Positions 1 to 10,480 of a DNA stretch of 64,000 nt are shown here, one piece after another. The stretch spans positions 416,001-480,000 of the forward strand of contig OZ252149.1 of NCBI GenBank assembly GCA_965248755.1. Direction: 5' to 3'. The notes under the pieces are model-generated. The model searched no databases, was not told where the DNA came from, and saw only the letters and a list, made by a program, of their open reading frames with translations. How positions within the stretch are numbered: the first letter of the stretch is position 1; every line of letters starts with the position of its first letter. Source of the stretch: Candidatus Latescibacterota bacterium. Its GTDB lineage: Bacteria > Latescibacterota > CBDEFO01. A program made the translations under genes and the position numbers.

Positions 1-127
1 GGCTGTCTGCGAAAGAGACGTCCGGCGCGATAGCCACAGATAACACCGAAACGTTACACACCTTCTGTCCCAAGATTGTCTGCTCCATCATTGTCATCTT
101 CCTTCATGTCTCTTTTGACCTATGCCA

Positions 128-1930
128 TCAATTAGAATCGAACTTTATATCGACGCCGCTCGTCTCCCATCTGGATCTTATCGCCACAGTATCAGGATAG
201 GAGGCAACAGGTTCAGATGGGATGAAAGGGAACGCCTGTCCGTAGTCCTGCTTCCCGTCCCCGTCCCTATCCATAAAGGCGGATACAACGTATCTCCCCG
301 AAGGCAAGCCTTCCCAGAGATAATCCCCTTCCACTGCAACTCTGAGACTGTATGCTTCTTTGCCCTTCTCAACAGATGTTGCCCTTAAATAAAACTTTGC
401 CTTCAAGCTATCGCCCAAGATCACTTGTCCCGACATCGAACCCAGATCCCTTTCCTCAAGCACAGCAAAAGAAAAGCTCAAGAGACTATCGGCAAGAGCG
501 TTACCTGCTCTATCTGAAAGACGTCCTGCATCCCCATGTAAGGTGTACGACTTTCCCTCCACCCATCCTTCCAATGGCGAAAATTTCAATGTCAAATTGC
601 CCTCCCAGTTGAAAGTCCCGTCCAAGGGGATATCCGGCTGAGATCCGAGCCAGAATCGGCTGTCCAACTCCACCTCCTGCATCGCTTCGCTGAAGATGAC
701 CTCAAGGGCGCTTTCCGGGAACACAATAGAAGCTTCACTATCTGGATGGATCGAAATAACCTCGGGATTCTTCCTATCATCCTTTCGGCTCCCTACGAAT
801 AGAAGTGTATCTTCTACAGCCTGATTCCCGTTAGAATCCTTTATACCTTGCACACTAACCCGATATTCTACAGCCTCCTTCTGTACTCCCGTCAGTATGT
901 ACACAGACGAGCTATCCTTGGGATCTACATAACTTTCAAAAACATCCAGATTCCCCAGGTTTTCGAACTCGGCTCCTGAAATATCCACCTTCTCATTAAA
1001 TCTGATGAGGACTCGTCCGGCATCCACAGCCCTAAGGGACAAGATTAGTGGGCCCGTGCTATCTCTCAAAGAAAGGTAAAATTCCCCAACATTCACAACT
1101 TCATCTTCTTCTCCCAGAGCAACATCTCCGGGAGGTACACCCAATTTCTCACTACCCGGGTCGTACCTCTTATCCTTGTCCCTATCCTCGAAAGCGAAGC
1201 TCCGGTAATTACCGGTTCCTATACGCTCAAAACTATATTCCCCATTCCTTCCCGCCTCTGTCACGTAATTGGGCTGATCCCTTGAGGGATCTGGATCTCT
1301 GGTCCTCACGGAGTCAACGCTTGACCTCAGATCGTAAGCCAACACTAAAACAGGAAAACGGCTATATATTCTCTTGATTCTTCCCTTCATTTTCCCTTGG
1401 GCAAGCCGACTCCCCGTTGAAAACGCAAATACGTAGGGCTCCTCCATACGGTTCCTGCGCTCATCCCGTGCCCCTGTGCCTACAGTCACTAAGTAAGTCC
1501 TGTCATCATAGAGCCCTTCCAAAACCGAGACTTTCAGTGTATTCCGGTGCCAATCAAATATTAGATCCCCAGGGTCCGGGGATACGATAATGGAAGCTTC
1601 TACAGAGCGCCTATACATCCCCTCACTGAATCCGATCTTTATATCCGAATTAACTTCCACGTTCACTGAGTCCGACCTTGGAGTCGTCCATAGAGCCTTC
1701 GGAGGACTCTTGTCCGGCGGTCCCCCAGGAGGGAATCCCTCTTTTGCACAATTGACTGCCAAAAGCAGCAGTAGACAGTAGACAGTGGACAGTGGACAGG
1801 CCCCTGCCCCCAATAGATTCAGTTGGGGGTTCAATCGGAGGCATGGGACCACCTCCCCACCCTGGATGCTGTCTACTGGCGGTCTGCAAAGGCGTTGCTG
1901 TCTATTTACCGTTGACGAGATATTAGTCAA
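128..1930 (-). CDS. Ig-like (Big_5) domain-containing lipoprotein; start uncertain
   Basis: Lipobox-like LAVN-C followed by CAKEGFPPGGPPD..PP, typical of FCB Ig-like lipoproteins; repeated FSE.M and D..GN Ig motifs; the N-terminus contains repeat-derived sequence. Confidence 0.75.
   Translation of the reverse strand: MTNISSTVNRQQRLCRPPVDSIQGGEVVPCLRLNPQLNLLGAGACPLSTVYCLLLLLAVNCAKEGFPPGGPPDKSPPKALWTTPRSDSVNVEVNSDIKIGFSEGMYRRSVEASIIVSPDPGDLIFDWHRNTLKVSVLEGLYDDRTYLVTVGTGARDERRNRMEEPYVFAFSTGSRLAQGKMKGRIKRIYSRFPVLVLAYDLRSSVDSVRTRDPDPSRDQPNYVTEAGRNGEYSFERIGTGNYRSFAFEDRDKDKRYDPGSEKLGVPPGDVALGEEDEVVNVGEFYLSLRDSTGPLILSLRAVDAGRVLIRFNEKVDISGAEFENLGNLDVFESYVDPKDSSSVYILTGVQKEAVEYRVSVQGIKDSNGNQAVEDTLLFVGSRKDDRKNPEVISIHPDSEASIVFPESALEVIFSEAMQEVELDSRFWLGSQPDIPLDGTFNWEGNLTLKFSPLEGWVEGKSYTLHGDAGRLSDRAGNALADSLLSFSFAVLEERDLGSMSGQVILGDSLKAKFYLRATSVEKGKEAYSLRVAVEGDYLWEGLPSGRYVVSAFMDRDGDGKQDYGQAFPFIPSEPVASYPDTVAIRSRWETSGVDIKFDSN
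1769..1910. repeat. Composite palindromic element: (CAGTRGA)x4 arm, nested CCCCCAATAGATTCAGTTGGGGG palindrome, CTGTCTA arm
   Basis: CAGTAGA CAGTAGA CAGTGGA CAGTGGA at 1769-1796; palindrome 1807-1829; complementary CTGTCTACTG near 1870 and CTGTCTA near 1898. Confidence 0.8.
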
Positions 1931-1960
1931 GTTTACAACGCAAATCTCTTCGGACTGCGA

Positions 1961-2908
1961 TCACTTCAAAAGTCTCAGCAACACAGCCTTTTGAACGTAC
2001 AGCTTGTTCTCCGCCTCATCGAACGCTATAGAACGCGGGCTGTCCAAAACCTCATCTGTGATCTCCTTCCCCCTGTAAGCCGGAAGACAGTGACTCACCA
2101 GACAACCGTTCTTAGCCTTATCTAGAAGTTCCATATTCACCTGATAACCACAAAACGCTTTAGACCGTTCCTCAGCTTCATCCTCCTGTCCCATACTCGT
2201 CCATGTGTCCGTGTAGATCACATCCGCATTCCTGACAGCATCATCCTTGTTCTCCACAATCTCCATCCGCGTGCCCGCATCACTTGCCAAACCTAAAGCT
2301 TTGCTCATTATCTCCTCGTCCGGCCCGTAGCCCTCTGGACAGGAGATCACAAAATTCATCCCCACTACGGGACAGAGCAACATCATAGAATGAGCCACAT
2401 TATTCCCGTCCCCAACAAACGCCATGTTCAGTCCCTTCAGATTTCCCACCTTTGCCACACGGAGTCGACGTTCTACCATAGTCATCGCGAAAGCCAGAGC
2501 CTGACACGGATGTTCCTTATCGCTTAAGGCGTTCACCACCGGGATCTTTGAAGAATCTGCAAGCTCAACTATGGTCTTGTGATCGAACGTACGTGCCACG
2601 ATGCAGTCCACCCATCTTTCCAGACTCCGGGCTATATCCGCCGGACTCTCTCTCTTACCAAGCTCTATATCCGCCTGCTGGAGATGAATGGCATAACCTC
2701 CCAGGTGAGCTATAGCTGCTTCAAATGTCACCCTTGTCCTCAACGAGGGCTTCTCAAATATCAAAGCTATCGTCTTACCCTCAAACGGCCTCTTGTTGTT
2801 CTTCCGCAAGGAGTCAACGCTCGACTTTTTTATATCCAACGAAATTTCAATAAGCTTAAGAATCTCATCTCCAGAAAGATCAGATACAGATATGAGATGT
2901 TGGTTCAA
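1961..2908 (-). CDS. argF: Ornithine carbamoyltransferase
   Basis: FEKPSLRTR, HPCQAL, GDGNNVA, YTDTWTSMGQE and HCLPA motifs. Confidence 0.96.
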   Translation of the reverse strand: MNQHLISVSDLSGDEILKLIEISLDIKKSSVDSLRKNNKRPFEGKTIALIFEKPSLRTRVTFEAAIAHLGGYAIHLQQADIELGKRESPADIARSLERWVDCIVARTFDHKTIVELADSSKIPVVNALSDKEHPCQALAFAMTMVERRLRVAKVGNLKGLNMAFVGDGNNVAHSMMLLCPVVGMNFVISCPEGYGPDEEIMSKALGLASDAGTRMEIVENKDDAVRNADVIYTDTWTSMGQEDEAEERSKAFCGYQVNMELLDKAKNGCLVSHCLPAYRGKEITDEVLDSPRSIAFDEAENKLYVQKAVLLRLLK

Positions 2909-3136
2909 TTTGGAGCTCCCTTAATTTCAGTAGATAGCACACAGGCTAGCCCTCCCCTCTCTACAGTCCACGAAATTGCTTCGCCCACCCACTTGGTGGC
3001 ACCCACTTCGTGGCTCGTTGTCTCCCCAGCAAAGCTGCCACTCCACCGGGCATCAGACGAAGCCAACTCAAGGCAGAGGAGGAGGTGCCCCTTCTAGCCC
3101 TGACTTGAATCTATCGGGGGCTCCTGTCTACTGTTT

Positions 3137-4498
3137 TTACAGTATATACCTGCTCAGATCTTCGTCTTCCACGATCTCTTGGAGCTTTTCTTTTACTACC
3201 TTTGGAGTTATCCTTATTGTTTTTTGGCACGAATCGGGCAAGGAAAATAGAATATCTTCCAATAATGTAGTCATCACCGTGTGCAGCCTTCGTGCTCCGA
3301 TGTTCTCCATCCTCTGATTTACCGTATCGGCCACCTTGGCTATCTCCATGATAGCCTCTTTTCCAAATGAGATCTTTACACCCTCAGTCTCCAATAAGGC
3401 CGTGTACTGCTTCAAAAGAGCGTTCTTGGGTTCAGTCAATATTCTTACGAAATCCTCAGCTTTTAGACTATCCAACTCCACTCTGATCGGGAAGCGCCCT
3501 TGGAGCTCGGGGATCAGATCAGAGGGCTTCGACGCATGAAAGGCCCCCGCAGAGATAAACAGGATGTGATCTGTTCGTACCATCCCGTACTTCGTCGTCA
3601 CACTCGATCCCTCAACAATCGGCAGAATATCTCTCTGGACGCCCTCTCTGGATACGTCCGCTGAGCCCTTTACGTCGCCCCCTGTGATCTTGTCTATCTC
3701 ATCTACGAACACTATCCCGGAATTCTCCACCCGCTTTACCGCCTCACCTACCACCTCATCCATATCTATCAACTTCTGTGCCTCCTCTTGGGCCAGAATC
3801 TTTTTTCCTTCAGGCACAGGTACTAGTCTTTTTTTTGTCCTTTGTGGTATTATTCCCCCCAACATCTCCTGGACGTTGATCCCCATCTCCTCTACCCCTC
3901 CCCAAGGCGAGAATATCTCCACCATCGGGAGCTTATCCTTTGGCAGATCAAGCTCCACCATCCTTTTATCTAACTTTCCCTCGTAAAGTTGTCTCCTTAG
4001 CTTTTCCCTTGTCCTTTCCCAGCTTGCCTGAGACTCATTGTCCTCCTGCAGGTCATTGTCGAGTTTCTTGTCGGCTGTAGTAGGTTGCGGCAGAAGGATA
4101 TCTAAAAGTCTTTCCTCCGCTAATTGTTCTGCTTCCTCGGCAACTTCAAAACTTTTCTGCCCCTTTACCATATTTACCGCAATATCCATCAGATCCCTTA
4201 TCATTGACTCCACGTCCCGCCCTACATATCCGACCTCAGTAAACTTTGACGCCTCAATCTTTACGAACGGCGCATTCGCTAAATTTGCAAGCCTTCTTGC
4301 TATCTCCGTCTTTCCCACGCCTGTCGGCCCGATCATAATGATATTATTGGGCATTATCTCTTCTCTAAGTTCATCAGGAACCTGCTGTCTGCGCCATCTG
4401 TTCCTTAAGGCTATCGCCACTGCTCTTTTTGCCTTTTCCTGACCTATGATGTACTTATCCAATTCTCTCACGATCTGCTTCGGCGTCAGTTCCTCCAC
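3137..4498 (-). CDS. hslU: ATP-dependent protease ATPase subunit HslU (probable GTG start at 4498)
   Basis: [45 protein letters not shown] motif, NIGARRL; adjacent to hslV. Confidence 0.97.
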   Translation of the reverse strand: MEELTPKQIVRELDKYIIGQEKAKRAVAIALRNRWRRQQVPDELREEIMPNNIIMIGPTGVGKTEIARRLANLANAPFVKIEASKFTEVGYVGRDVESMIRDLMDIAVNMVKGQKSFEVAEEAEQLAEERLLDILLPQPTTADKKLDNDLQEDNESQASWERTREKLRRQLYEGKLDKRMVELDLPKDKLPMVEIFSPWGGVEEMGINVQEMLGGIIPQRTKKRLVPVPEGKKILAQEEAQKLIDMDEVVGEAVKRVENSGIVFVDEIDKITGGDVKGSADVSREGVQRDILPIVEGSSVTTKYGMVRTDHILFISAGAFHASKPSDLIPELQGRFPIRVELDSLKAEDFVRILTEPKNALLKQYTALLETEGVKISFGKEAIMEIAKVADTVNQRMENIGARRLHTVMTTLLEDILFSLPDSCQKTIRITPKVVKEKLQEIVEDEDLSRYIL

Positions 4499-4588
4499 AA
4501 TCCCCTCCAAGATAGTAAACAGCAAACAGTAAACAAGGAGAAAGGGGAGACGGCGTGCCTACTGTCTGCTCACTACTGTCTACTGGGT

Positions 4589-5134
4589 TTATAGTTTTTC
4601 TATTATAATATTATCGTTTGTATAGATACAGATAGAAGCTGCCACCTTCAAAGACCGTTCTACTATAGAGCTGGCACTCAGATCCGACACATCCAAGTAA
4701 GCCCTTGAAGCCGCTAAGGCGTACGCACCTCCCGAACCTATCGCCACCACTCCATCGTCCGGCTCTATCAGATCTCCATCTCCAGACACGATGTAAGAAT
4801 GATCTGGATCCATCACTACCAAAAGCGCGTCTAAACGCCTCAGCGTCCTGTCAGACCTCCAATCCCTGGAAAGCTCAACAACGGCTCTCTGGATATTTCC
4901 GCTGAATTCTTCTAATTTCGACTCGAACCTCTCCAAAAGCGTTGATCCGTCAGCCGCTCCTCCTGCAAATCCGGCAAGAACACTGTTATTGTAGATCCTC
5001 CTCACCTTCCGAGCCCTATGCTTCATAACAGTATCTCCCATACCCACCTGACCATCAGCCCCCATTGCACACTTGCCCTTGTGCCTTACGCCCAGAACTG
5101 TAGTAGCCCTCAACTTCAGCGCTTCCAAGTACAA
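4589..5134 (-). CDS. hslV: ATP-dependent protease peptidase subunit HslV
   Basis: N-terminal TT catalytic Thr, ADGQV, GFAG, AIGSGG, ICIYTN. Confidence 0.96.
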   Translation of the reverse strand: MYLEALKLRATTVLGVRHKGKCAMGADGQVGMGDTVMKHRARKVRRIYNNSVLAGFAGGAADGSTLLERFESKLEEFSGNIQRAVVELSRDWRSDRTLRRLDALLVVMDPDHSYIVSGDGDLIEPDDGVVAIGSGGAYALAASRAYLDVSDLSASSIVERSLKVAASICIYTNDNIIIEKL

Positions 5135-5244
5135 TTACCTCCTAAAGAAGTAGACAGGGCGCCTTCTCCCTTCCCTGGATGCTGCTACTTTTCTTCGAAG
5201 AAGCAGGCCTTCCCTGTATCCTGTGTACTGACTTCTGTTACTTG

Positions 5245-6225
5245 TTAAGCTCTCGGATGAGCCTTTTCGTATGCCTTCTTCAGACGATCCAGGGTCACAT
5301 GCGTGTACATCTGAGTCGTCGAAAGGTTCGAATGTCCCAAGAGCTCCTGCACTGCCCTCAGGTCTGCCCCTCTGTCTAATAGATGAGTCGCGAAACTATG
5401 CCTCAACACGTGGGGACTTGCCTGTTTTCCCTTTGTCACTTTCGAAATATAGCCCACAACTATCTTCCGAACTCCCCTGTCCGTCAACCTTCTCCCTCTA
5501 CTGTTCAAAAAGAGCGCATCTTTGTCACCGAGTCGTGCCCTTGCAGACCTGCCCCCGGACTTATCATCTTTTGCCTTCTCAGCCAAGAGTCCCCTTGCGT
5601 CCAGATAACTCCAAAGAGCCTGGGACGCCATGCTCCCTATCGGGACAATCCTCTCCTTTCCCCCTTTTCCCATTACTTTCACAGTTTTCTTTACAGCGTC
5701 CATGTCCGACACATCCAATCCTACAAGCTCACCTAACCTCAGCCCCCCTCCGTACAGCACTTCCAGAATAGCCCTGTCCCTTGATCCTAAAAGATCGTCC
5801 TCCGGCATTTCCACGGTCTGCCTTGTCTGCTTCACGCTCAAGAAAGCTGGAAGCCTTTCATCTAACTTCACAGAGGCCATCCCGGCGCTAGGATCGGATT
5901 CTAAAATCCCCCTTCTGCACAGATACCTGCAAAAAGATCTGATCGCCGAAAGCTTCCGAACTATTGATTTCTTCTTCATTCCAGAATCCGTCAAAAAGCT
6001 CAAGAAACACCGGATCGCTTCCTTATCGATCTCTGTCACACTCACATCCTCTACCCCCCGGTTATCTCTCATGGAAGAAGAAAACTGCTCAAGATCGCAT
6101 CTGTAAGACTCGACAGTATACACAGACAGATGACGTTCCTTTTCTAAATAAGATAGGAACTCTTCAATCCATGTTTTGAACGATAGGTAAGAGAACACCA
6201 CTAAGTTACTCCAGTTAGAATACAA
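5245..6225 (-). CDS. xerC: Tyrosine recombinase XerC (start uncertain)
   Basis: RDRAILEVLY.GLR, GKGGKER, SPHVLRHSFATHLL, LLGHSNLSTTQMYTH, AHPRA C-terminus; topA-xerC-hslVU synteny. Confidence 0.9.
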   Translation of the reverse strand: MYSNWSNLVVFSYLSFKTWIEEFLSYLEKERHLSVYTVESYRCDLEQFSSSMRDNRGVEDVSVTEIDKEAIRCFLSFLTDSGMKKKSIVRKLSAIRSFCRYLCRRGILESDPSAGMASVKLDERLPAFLSVKQTRQTVEMPEDDLLGSRDRAILEVLYGGGLRLGELVGLDVSDMDAVKKTVKVMGKGGKERIVPIGSMASQALWSYLDARGLLAEKAKDDKSGGRSARARLGDKDALFLNSRGRRLTDRGVRKIVVGYISKVTKGKQASPHVLRHSFATHLLDRGADLRAVQELLGHSNLSTTQMYTHVTLDRLKKAYEKAHPRA

Positions 6226-6308
6226 AAGGTCCTTTCTTTATATAACTGCTATAACTAATTGTCGCACAAGACTAACTTCAACTTTTTAAGTATTCAGCAT
6301 TATCTATA

Positions 6309-8555
6309 CTATACCATAGGAAACTCCCCTTTGCAGTTAAGACACTTGAGGAAATCCCCTTTCTTTTGAGAGATCTTCTCCACCATAAAATCAGCTCCGC
6401 ATTCGGGACACCTTTGACTTACAGGACGATCCCAGGAGGCGAATTTACACTCAGGATAATTAATGCATCCATAGAAGATTCTCCCCTTGCCCGTCTTCCT
6501 TTCTACTAACTCTCCGCCGCAGCTATCTTGTGGACAAGCTATTCCCAGGGTAAAAGGCTTGGTATTTTTGCACTCAGGGTAATTGGAGCAAGCTAAGAAC
6601 TTCCCGTAGCGCCCGGTCCTCAGCACCATATTGCCTCCGCATTCTTCGCACTTGCGCCCTGCCGTCTCAGTCTCTTCAACTTTCTCTTCCAAAGGCTTGG
6701 TATTCTTACACTCAGGATACCCTGGACACGCTATAAACTTCCCGTTTCTCCCCCACTTTATTACCATCTCCCTGCCGCAAAGCTCACACTTTACCCCCGA
6801 TTTTTCTTGAAGGGATTCCTTAAGATCCTTTCCGCGCTCCTTCACATCGGAAAGAGTTTCTTCAAACGAAGTGTAGAACTTATCCACCACTTCCACCCAG
6901 TCGTCCTTGCCCTCCTCTATCCTGTCCAGTTCATCTTCCATCATCGCCGTGAACTTCACGTTGAAAATGTGGGGGAAAGCCCCCACAAGCAGAGTGTTTA
7001 CATCCATCCCCAGATCTGTGGCAACGAATCTTCTCTTATCCTCTTTTACATAATCTCTGCTCTTGATCTTACTCATTATATCAGCATAGGTGCTCGGACG
7101 ACCTATTCCCTTGGCCTCCAGGTCTTTAACCAAAGTCGCCTCAGTGTATCTAGGGGGAGGTTTAGTAAAATGCTGTTGGGGGGACAGACCCAGCAAAATC
7201 AACTCTTCTCCAACTTTAAGGTTTCCAGGCACCCGCTCATCCTCCCTCTCCTCCCCATCTTCGTCCTTACCCTCAGTATAGATCACAGTGAAGCCACTGT
7301 ATTTAACCGAGGACCCCGAGGCCCTGAATATGTAATCCACTGCCCCTATATCTACAGATATAACATCCAAAATAGCAGATTTCATCTGAGAGGCGACGAA
7401 CCGCTTCCATATCAACTCGTACAACTTCACCTGATCGGGAGTCAGGAACCTCCTCACCGACTTAATATCCGTTTTTACAGAAGTCGGTCTTATCGCCTCG
7501 TGAGCGTCCTGTGCCCCCTTCTTAACTTTGTAGCTCCTGGCCTTCATCGGCACGTAATCCGCACCCCAGGCCGATGCTATGTACTCCCTCACCTCGCTAA
7601 TTGCTTCAGGCGCCACCCTCACAGAATCGGTCCTCATATACGTGATCAATCCTACGGACTCGCCCTCAAGCTCAATTCCCTCATAGAGCTCCTGAGCCAC
7701 TCTCATCGTTTTATAGCTCGAAAATCTTAACGCCCTTGCAGCATCCTGCTGAAGAGTACTCGTAATAAAGGGCGGAGGGGGATTTCTTTTCTGCTCCCCC
7801 TTTCTCAAGTCCAACACCTTGAATACGCTATCCTTAAACTCCGCTACAATCCCCTTGGCCTCTCCCTCATTCGGAATATTAACATTGCTCCCGCCCTCCC
7901 GAATCAACTTTGCGTTAAAAGGTAATGTATCTTCCCCCTTTAGGTTTGCCGTTATGGACCAGTACTCCTCGATCACGAAGCAGCTTATTTCTTCCTCTCT
8001 TTCGCACACCATTCTCAGAGCCACAGACTGAACCCTCCCCGCGCTCAGCCCCCTATAGATAGCCTTCCACAAGACAGGGCTGACCTTATAACCCACGAGC
8101 CTATCCATCACCCTGCGGGCCTGCTGAGCGTTAACCTTCCTCAAATCCAACCCTAAAGGGCTCTCCAGCGCCTTCGACACTGCACTTTGAGTAATCTGAT
8201 TAAACGTAATCCTGTAGACACCATCCCCATTTTTAGATATAACCTGAGCCACGTGCCAGGCTATCGCCTCCCCTTCCCTGTCAGGGTCAGTCGCCAAAAG
8301 CACCCTATCGGATACCTTTGCCTCCTTCTTCAACTCAGCTAAAACCTTCTCCCTGCCCTTTATGATCTGATACTTGGGCTTAAAGCCGTCAGCTATATCT
8401 ATGCCCAATTCTCTTTGAGGAAGATCCCGCACGTGACCCATACACGCCCTTACAGCAAAATCCTTCCCCAAGAATTTATTTATAGTCTTGGCCTTAGCAG
8501 GAGATTCCACAACCACTAGCGATCTCCTACCATCTACTTTTTTTCTACTTGCCAT
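6309..8555 (-). CDS. topA: DNA topoisomerase I with C-terminal zinc ribbons
   Basis: VVVESPAKAKTI, ATDPDREGEAI, SAGRVQS, GLITYMRTDS, C4 zinc-finger repeats. Confidence 0.98.
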   Translation of the reverse strand: MASRKKVDGRRSLVVVESPAKAKTINKFLGKDFAVRACMGHVRDLPQRELGIDIADGFKPKYQIIKGREKVLAELKKEAKVSDRVLLATDPDREGEAIAWHVAQVISKNGDGVYRITFNQITQSAVSKALESPLGLDLRKVNAQQARRVMDRLVGYKVSPVLWKAIYRGLSAGRVQSVALRMVCEREEEISCFVIEEYWSITANLKGEDTLPFNAKLIREGGSNVNIPNEGEAKGIVAEFKDSVFKVLDLRKGEQKRNPPPPFITSTLQQDAARALRFSSYKTMRVAQELYEGIELEGESVGLITYMRTDSVRVAPEAISEVREYIASAWGADYVPMKARSYKVKKGAQDAHEAIRPTSVKTDIKSVRRFLTPDQVKLYELIWKRFVASQMKSAILDVISVDIGAVDYIFRASGSSVKYSGFTVIYTEGKDEDGEEREDERVPGNLKVGEELILLGLSPQQHFTKPPPRYTEATLVKDLEAKGIGRPSTYADIMSKIKSRDYVKEDKRRFVATDLGMDVNTLLVGAFPHIFNVKFTAMMEDELDRIEEGKDDWVEVVDKFYTSFEETLSDVKERGKDLKESLQEKSGVKCELCGREMVIKWGRNGKFIACPGYPECKNTKPLEEKVEETETAGRKCEECGGNMVLRTGRYGKFLACSNYPECKNTKPFTLGIACPQDSCGGELVERKTGKGRIFYGCINYPECKFASWDRPVSQRCPECGADFMVEKISQKKGDFLKCLNCKGEFPMV

Positions 8556-8649
8556 ATCTATTTCACCAACTGATAAGTTCTACTAAGAACTCATAAGAAA
8601 TACCTGATGCCATCGCAACGGCAAATTTGACTATCTCTGTGTGAGATTA

Positions 8650-8678
8650 AATCTAATCGATTGTGTATATACTGTCAA
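8650..8678 (-). promoter_or_regulatory. Putative sigma70 promoter for topA
   Basis: TTGACA-17 bp-TAGATT on the minus strand, about 95 nt upstream of topA. Confidence 0.6.
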
Positions 8679-8886
8679 CAGGAAATCTGAGGGTGAAACT
8701 TCATATTAACAGAATTACCTCCCAAACGTAAGAAAAAGATTTACTCATACTACCAGAAAGACTCCCAAACTCCTTCAGAGTTCCCGACAGATCCAACTGA
8801 CTGCACTGCTCAACAAAAATAGACAAGACAGCAGTGCCTCGTCTATATATAATGTTTTTGCGCAACGTCATACTATTTACAAATCC

Positions 8887-9384
8887 TCAATTCATCCATA
8901 TATCATTGACTATCTTCTCAAACTTATCAGTTATCAAAGCCTTTTGCTTTTCGATCCATTCTAATGCCCTGTCGTCTATCAAACCTCTCCTTTTGCAGTC
9001 ATCCACTTCATCCTCATCTAGGATCAAATAACTGCCGTCGGGGTAAAACCATACATCCAAGAGTAGATCCAGATAACTTACGTAATCCTCATTTATCTTT
9101 ACATCCCCGCATATGTGGAAGCTGTGCCCCTTCAAATCTCCGGAAGACTCGTACATCCTCCACAATACATACCCCCTATCCACCCAATAGTGTGCTACAG
9201 TCCTTGATCCCGCATCGAAGAACACATCGCCTATATTCCCTGCTGTGTCGTTTACAAAGAGCAGAACTAGATATCCCTCATCTCTGTGTAGAAGCTGACA
9301 TTCATAGACTTCATCGTCCTTATTTATATGCCTTTTGACCTCTCTTATTATCTTCAAAACGTCCTGTCCAATCTCAACTGCCAT
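8887..9384 (-). CDS. DUF402 domain protein (FomD-like putative phosphatase)
   Basis: YLDLLLDVWFYPDGSYLILDEDE motif of DUF402. Confidence 0.8.
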   Translation of the reverse strand: MAVEIGQDVLKIIREVKRHINKDDEVYECQLLHRDEGYLVLLFVNDTAGNIGDVFFDAGSRTVAHYWVDRGYVLWRMYESSGDLKGHSFHICGDVKINEDYVSYLDLLLDVWFYPDGSYLILDEDEVDDCKRRGLIDDRALEWIEKQKALITDKFEKIVNDIWMN

Positions 9385-10472
9385 CTTCCCTCACCTTTGT
9401 CCCTACCCACAGGATGAGCCCAATTTACCCTCATTAAACCACCATCAAAAGTGCCTATCTCTGCTCCCAGGCCCAAATCGCATCTTACATCTGTCAGATC
9501 TATATCCTCAGACTTATCCCACACATAGCCTGCATCCCCAAACGGAGCTACTCTCAACAGCTTATTCCCGGCTCGATATTCCACGTTTAGAAGGAGGATT
9601 TTATCCCCTTCAAACTCCTTGTACCCATATCCAGCCATAGTCCCTATTCCACCTAACTGAAAGCTCTCAAAAAGTGGAAGCTCTGAGTCTGCACTTCCTA
9701 CAACAAATCTGAAGTCGAGCCACTGACTATCCCTCAAACGACTGTATCTTCTCATTTCCAAAACGTACTTGTTAAAATCGAAATCACCGCCCAGGCCATG
9801 TCCAGATGCCTTAAAAGAAGCCTTAAAGCTCCAATCCACGCTGATATTCAAATTGTACGAAAAAGATATACTCCTCATATCCCCACCCACAAACTCCCTG
9901 ATCCCTTCCGCGCCGTCAGACTCCCAATTTTCCTTTTTAGTCCTCCCCTTCCTGTACACGCTGAAATCCGTCTCTTTAGCTATGCCCCTGTACTCATCAT
10001 CACTGTATCCTACGTGGAATACATTCCTTTTACCTACCTTGAGAGTTGCACCTGTGCTGTAGCCCTTGCGAACGTAGTAATCCCTCGAGGCCACTCCGAA
10101 GAAAAAAGCCAACGAAGTAGACTCCTGATCCCCGACTATGTCCCTGTCCGCCGTATCCACAACATTGTAGACATTCCCTTCCAGACAGAAGCTGCTGCCT
10201 TCAAAAAATGATTTCTTGCCGCCCGCATCATAAGTCCACTTTTGAAGAGATAAGGCACGGCCCCAGGTTATGGAAAACATAGTTTTTTCCGGATCACCTA
10301 TTAAGAGAGTAGTACCTGCAAATGGTCCCTCCACTCTGTTAAAACGGGATATCCTGTAGACCGATACCTGTCCTTTAGTATTCAGCCCTCTTGCGTGTGA
10401 TAGATCAAATAGCCCCAAAAATATCCAACTGCACACCACAAATGAAACGATCTTCTGTCTTCGTGATAGCAT
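9354..10472 (-). CDS. Omp85/BamA-TamA-like outer-membrane beta-barrel protein
   Basis: Signal peptide; FQLGGIGTMAGY (L6 motif variant), NVEYR, FGDAGYVW; C-terminal Phe. Confidence 0.7.
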   Translation of the reverse strand: MLSRRQKIVSFVVCSWIFLGLFDLSHARGLNTKGQVSVYRISRFNRVEGPFAGTTLLIGDPEKTMFSITWGRALSLQKWTYDAGGKKSFFEGSSFCLEGNVYNVVDTADRDIVGDQESTSLAFFFGVASRDYYVRKGYSTGATLKVGKRNVFHVGYSDDEYRGIAKETDFSVYRKGRTKKENWESDGAEGIREFVGGDMRSISFSYNLNISVDWSFKASFKASGHGLGGDFDFNKYVLEMRRYSRLRDSQWLDFRFVVGSADSELPLFESFQLGGIGTMAGYGYKEFEGDKILLLNVEYRAGNKLLRVAPFGDAGYVWDKSEDIDLTDVRCDLGLGAEIGTFDGGLMRVNWAHPVGRDKGEGRWQLRLDRTF

Positions 10473-10480
10473 TAGTACCG

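Noticed and set aside
1..96. Partial minus-strand gene (MTMMEQTILGQKV…) running off the window edge
   Set aside because: Only about 32 codons are visible and no family is recognisable.
5245..6225. Phage or integron integrase
   Set aside because: Sequence and topA-hslVU context fit housekeeping XerC; no IntI-specific insertion.
6807..7730. 307-aa plus-strand ORF and the many other short overlapping ORFs in the track
   Set aside because: Antisense or off-frame to well-supported genes such as topA.
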